DNA from: a virus
Virus record (IMG/VR): IMGVR_UViG_3300045988_124082
DNA: 64,000 nucleotides
Direction: 5' to 3' (one strand)
The translations under genes and the position numbers were made by a program. The notes beneath the pieces were generated by a model, which worked only from the letters and a program-made list of their open reading frames with translations, was not told the origin of the DNA and ran no database searches. Of the stretch, positions 63,787 through 64,000 are shown one piece after another (position 1 is the stretch's first letter; every line of letters begins with the position of its first letter).

Positions 63787-64000
63787 ATGAGTAGAGTAAA
63801 AGAAATCAAAAAGCAGACAGATAACAAGTTTTTGAATCTGTATGACTATACTGTGGTCGATAAGAATGGAAATGAGCATCCATATTATGTAGCTAGCAGA
63901 CATAATGAAGAAGAGTTGGTAGCTAAAGTAGGAGAGCCTAAAGCAGACGCAGTGCTAATGTATGCTTATTATGGTGAGGAAAGAGATAAGCTGGTATTGA
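63787..64000 (+). CDS. NUDIX (ADP-ribose pyrophosphatase-like) hydrolase candidate, partial
   Basis: Own translation MSRVKEIKKQTDNKFLNLYDYTVVDKNGNEHPYYVASRHNEEELVAKVGEPKADAVLMYAYYGEERDKLVL.. resembles a NudF-type N-terminus. The NUDIX box would lie beyond the window. Confidence 0.35.
   Translation, partial: MSRVKEIKKQTDNKFLNLYDYTVVDKNGNEHPYYVASRHNEEELVAKVGEPKADAVLMYAYYGEERDKLVL

Overview
Low-GC (about 35%) tailed-phage or prophage DNA with two divergent arms. Left arm (1-34.6 kb, minus strand): a packaging, head and tail module in which five genes are broken by six group I-type intervening sequences. These are a small-terminase-like gene (1 intron), terL (2), a tail gene (1, carrying a LAGLIDADG endonuclease) and the tape measure gene (2, one of them 2.25 kb with two ORF cassettes). 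Most of the six show P/Q/R/S-like core boxes in the correct order. The same arm carries a metallophosphoesterase, an HU-like protein, a 7-tRNA cluster, a secreted 3D-domain protein and a 930-aa RNA polymerase candidate of the YonO/RdRP type (DxDGD motif). A 1.8 kb gene-free control region (34.6-36.5 kb) holds a G-tract island and a cluster of ACAGG/CCTGT hairpins. Right arm (36.5-64 kb, plus strand) is accessory and contains the most unusual signals. (i) Twenty small genes from at least five sequence families all end in the same C-terminal hexapeptide [RK][RK]NN[YF][YW]. Their codon variation is synonymous, so the peptide rather than the DNA appears to be conserved. (ii) Between the two halves of that array sits a ThiF/E1-like gene, a JAB/JAMM peptidase gene and a 574-aa partner, preceded by a duplicated pair of modules each encoding a 79-aa ThiS/ubiquitin-like candidate. 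(iii) Directly after the array lies an orphan reverse transcriptase. It is followed by two arrays of long, sequence-variable hairpins, each followed a few nt downstream by a conserved ATCATAAA motif, and these arrays bracket three unknown genes. The right arm also carries a Thg1-like 3'-5' polymerase, a Lar-like protein, Bro-N and P22-AR antirepressor-like proteins, an SPFH protein and two aberrant tRNA-like elements. Functional calls rest on motifs read by eye; no database search was run. Splice boundaries are proposals, good to about 15-20 nt unless stated.
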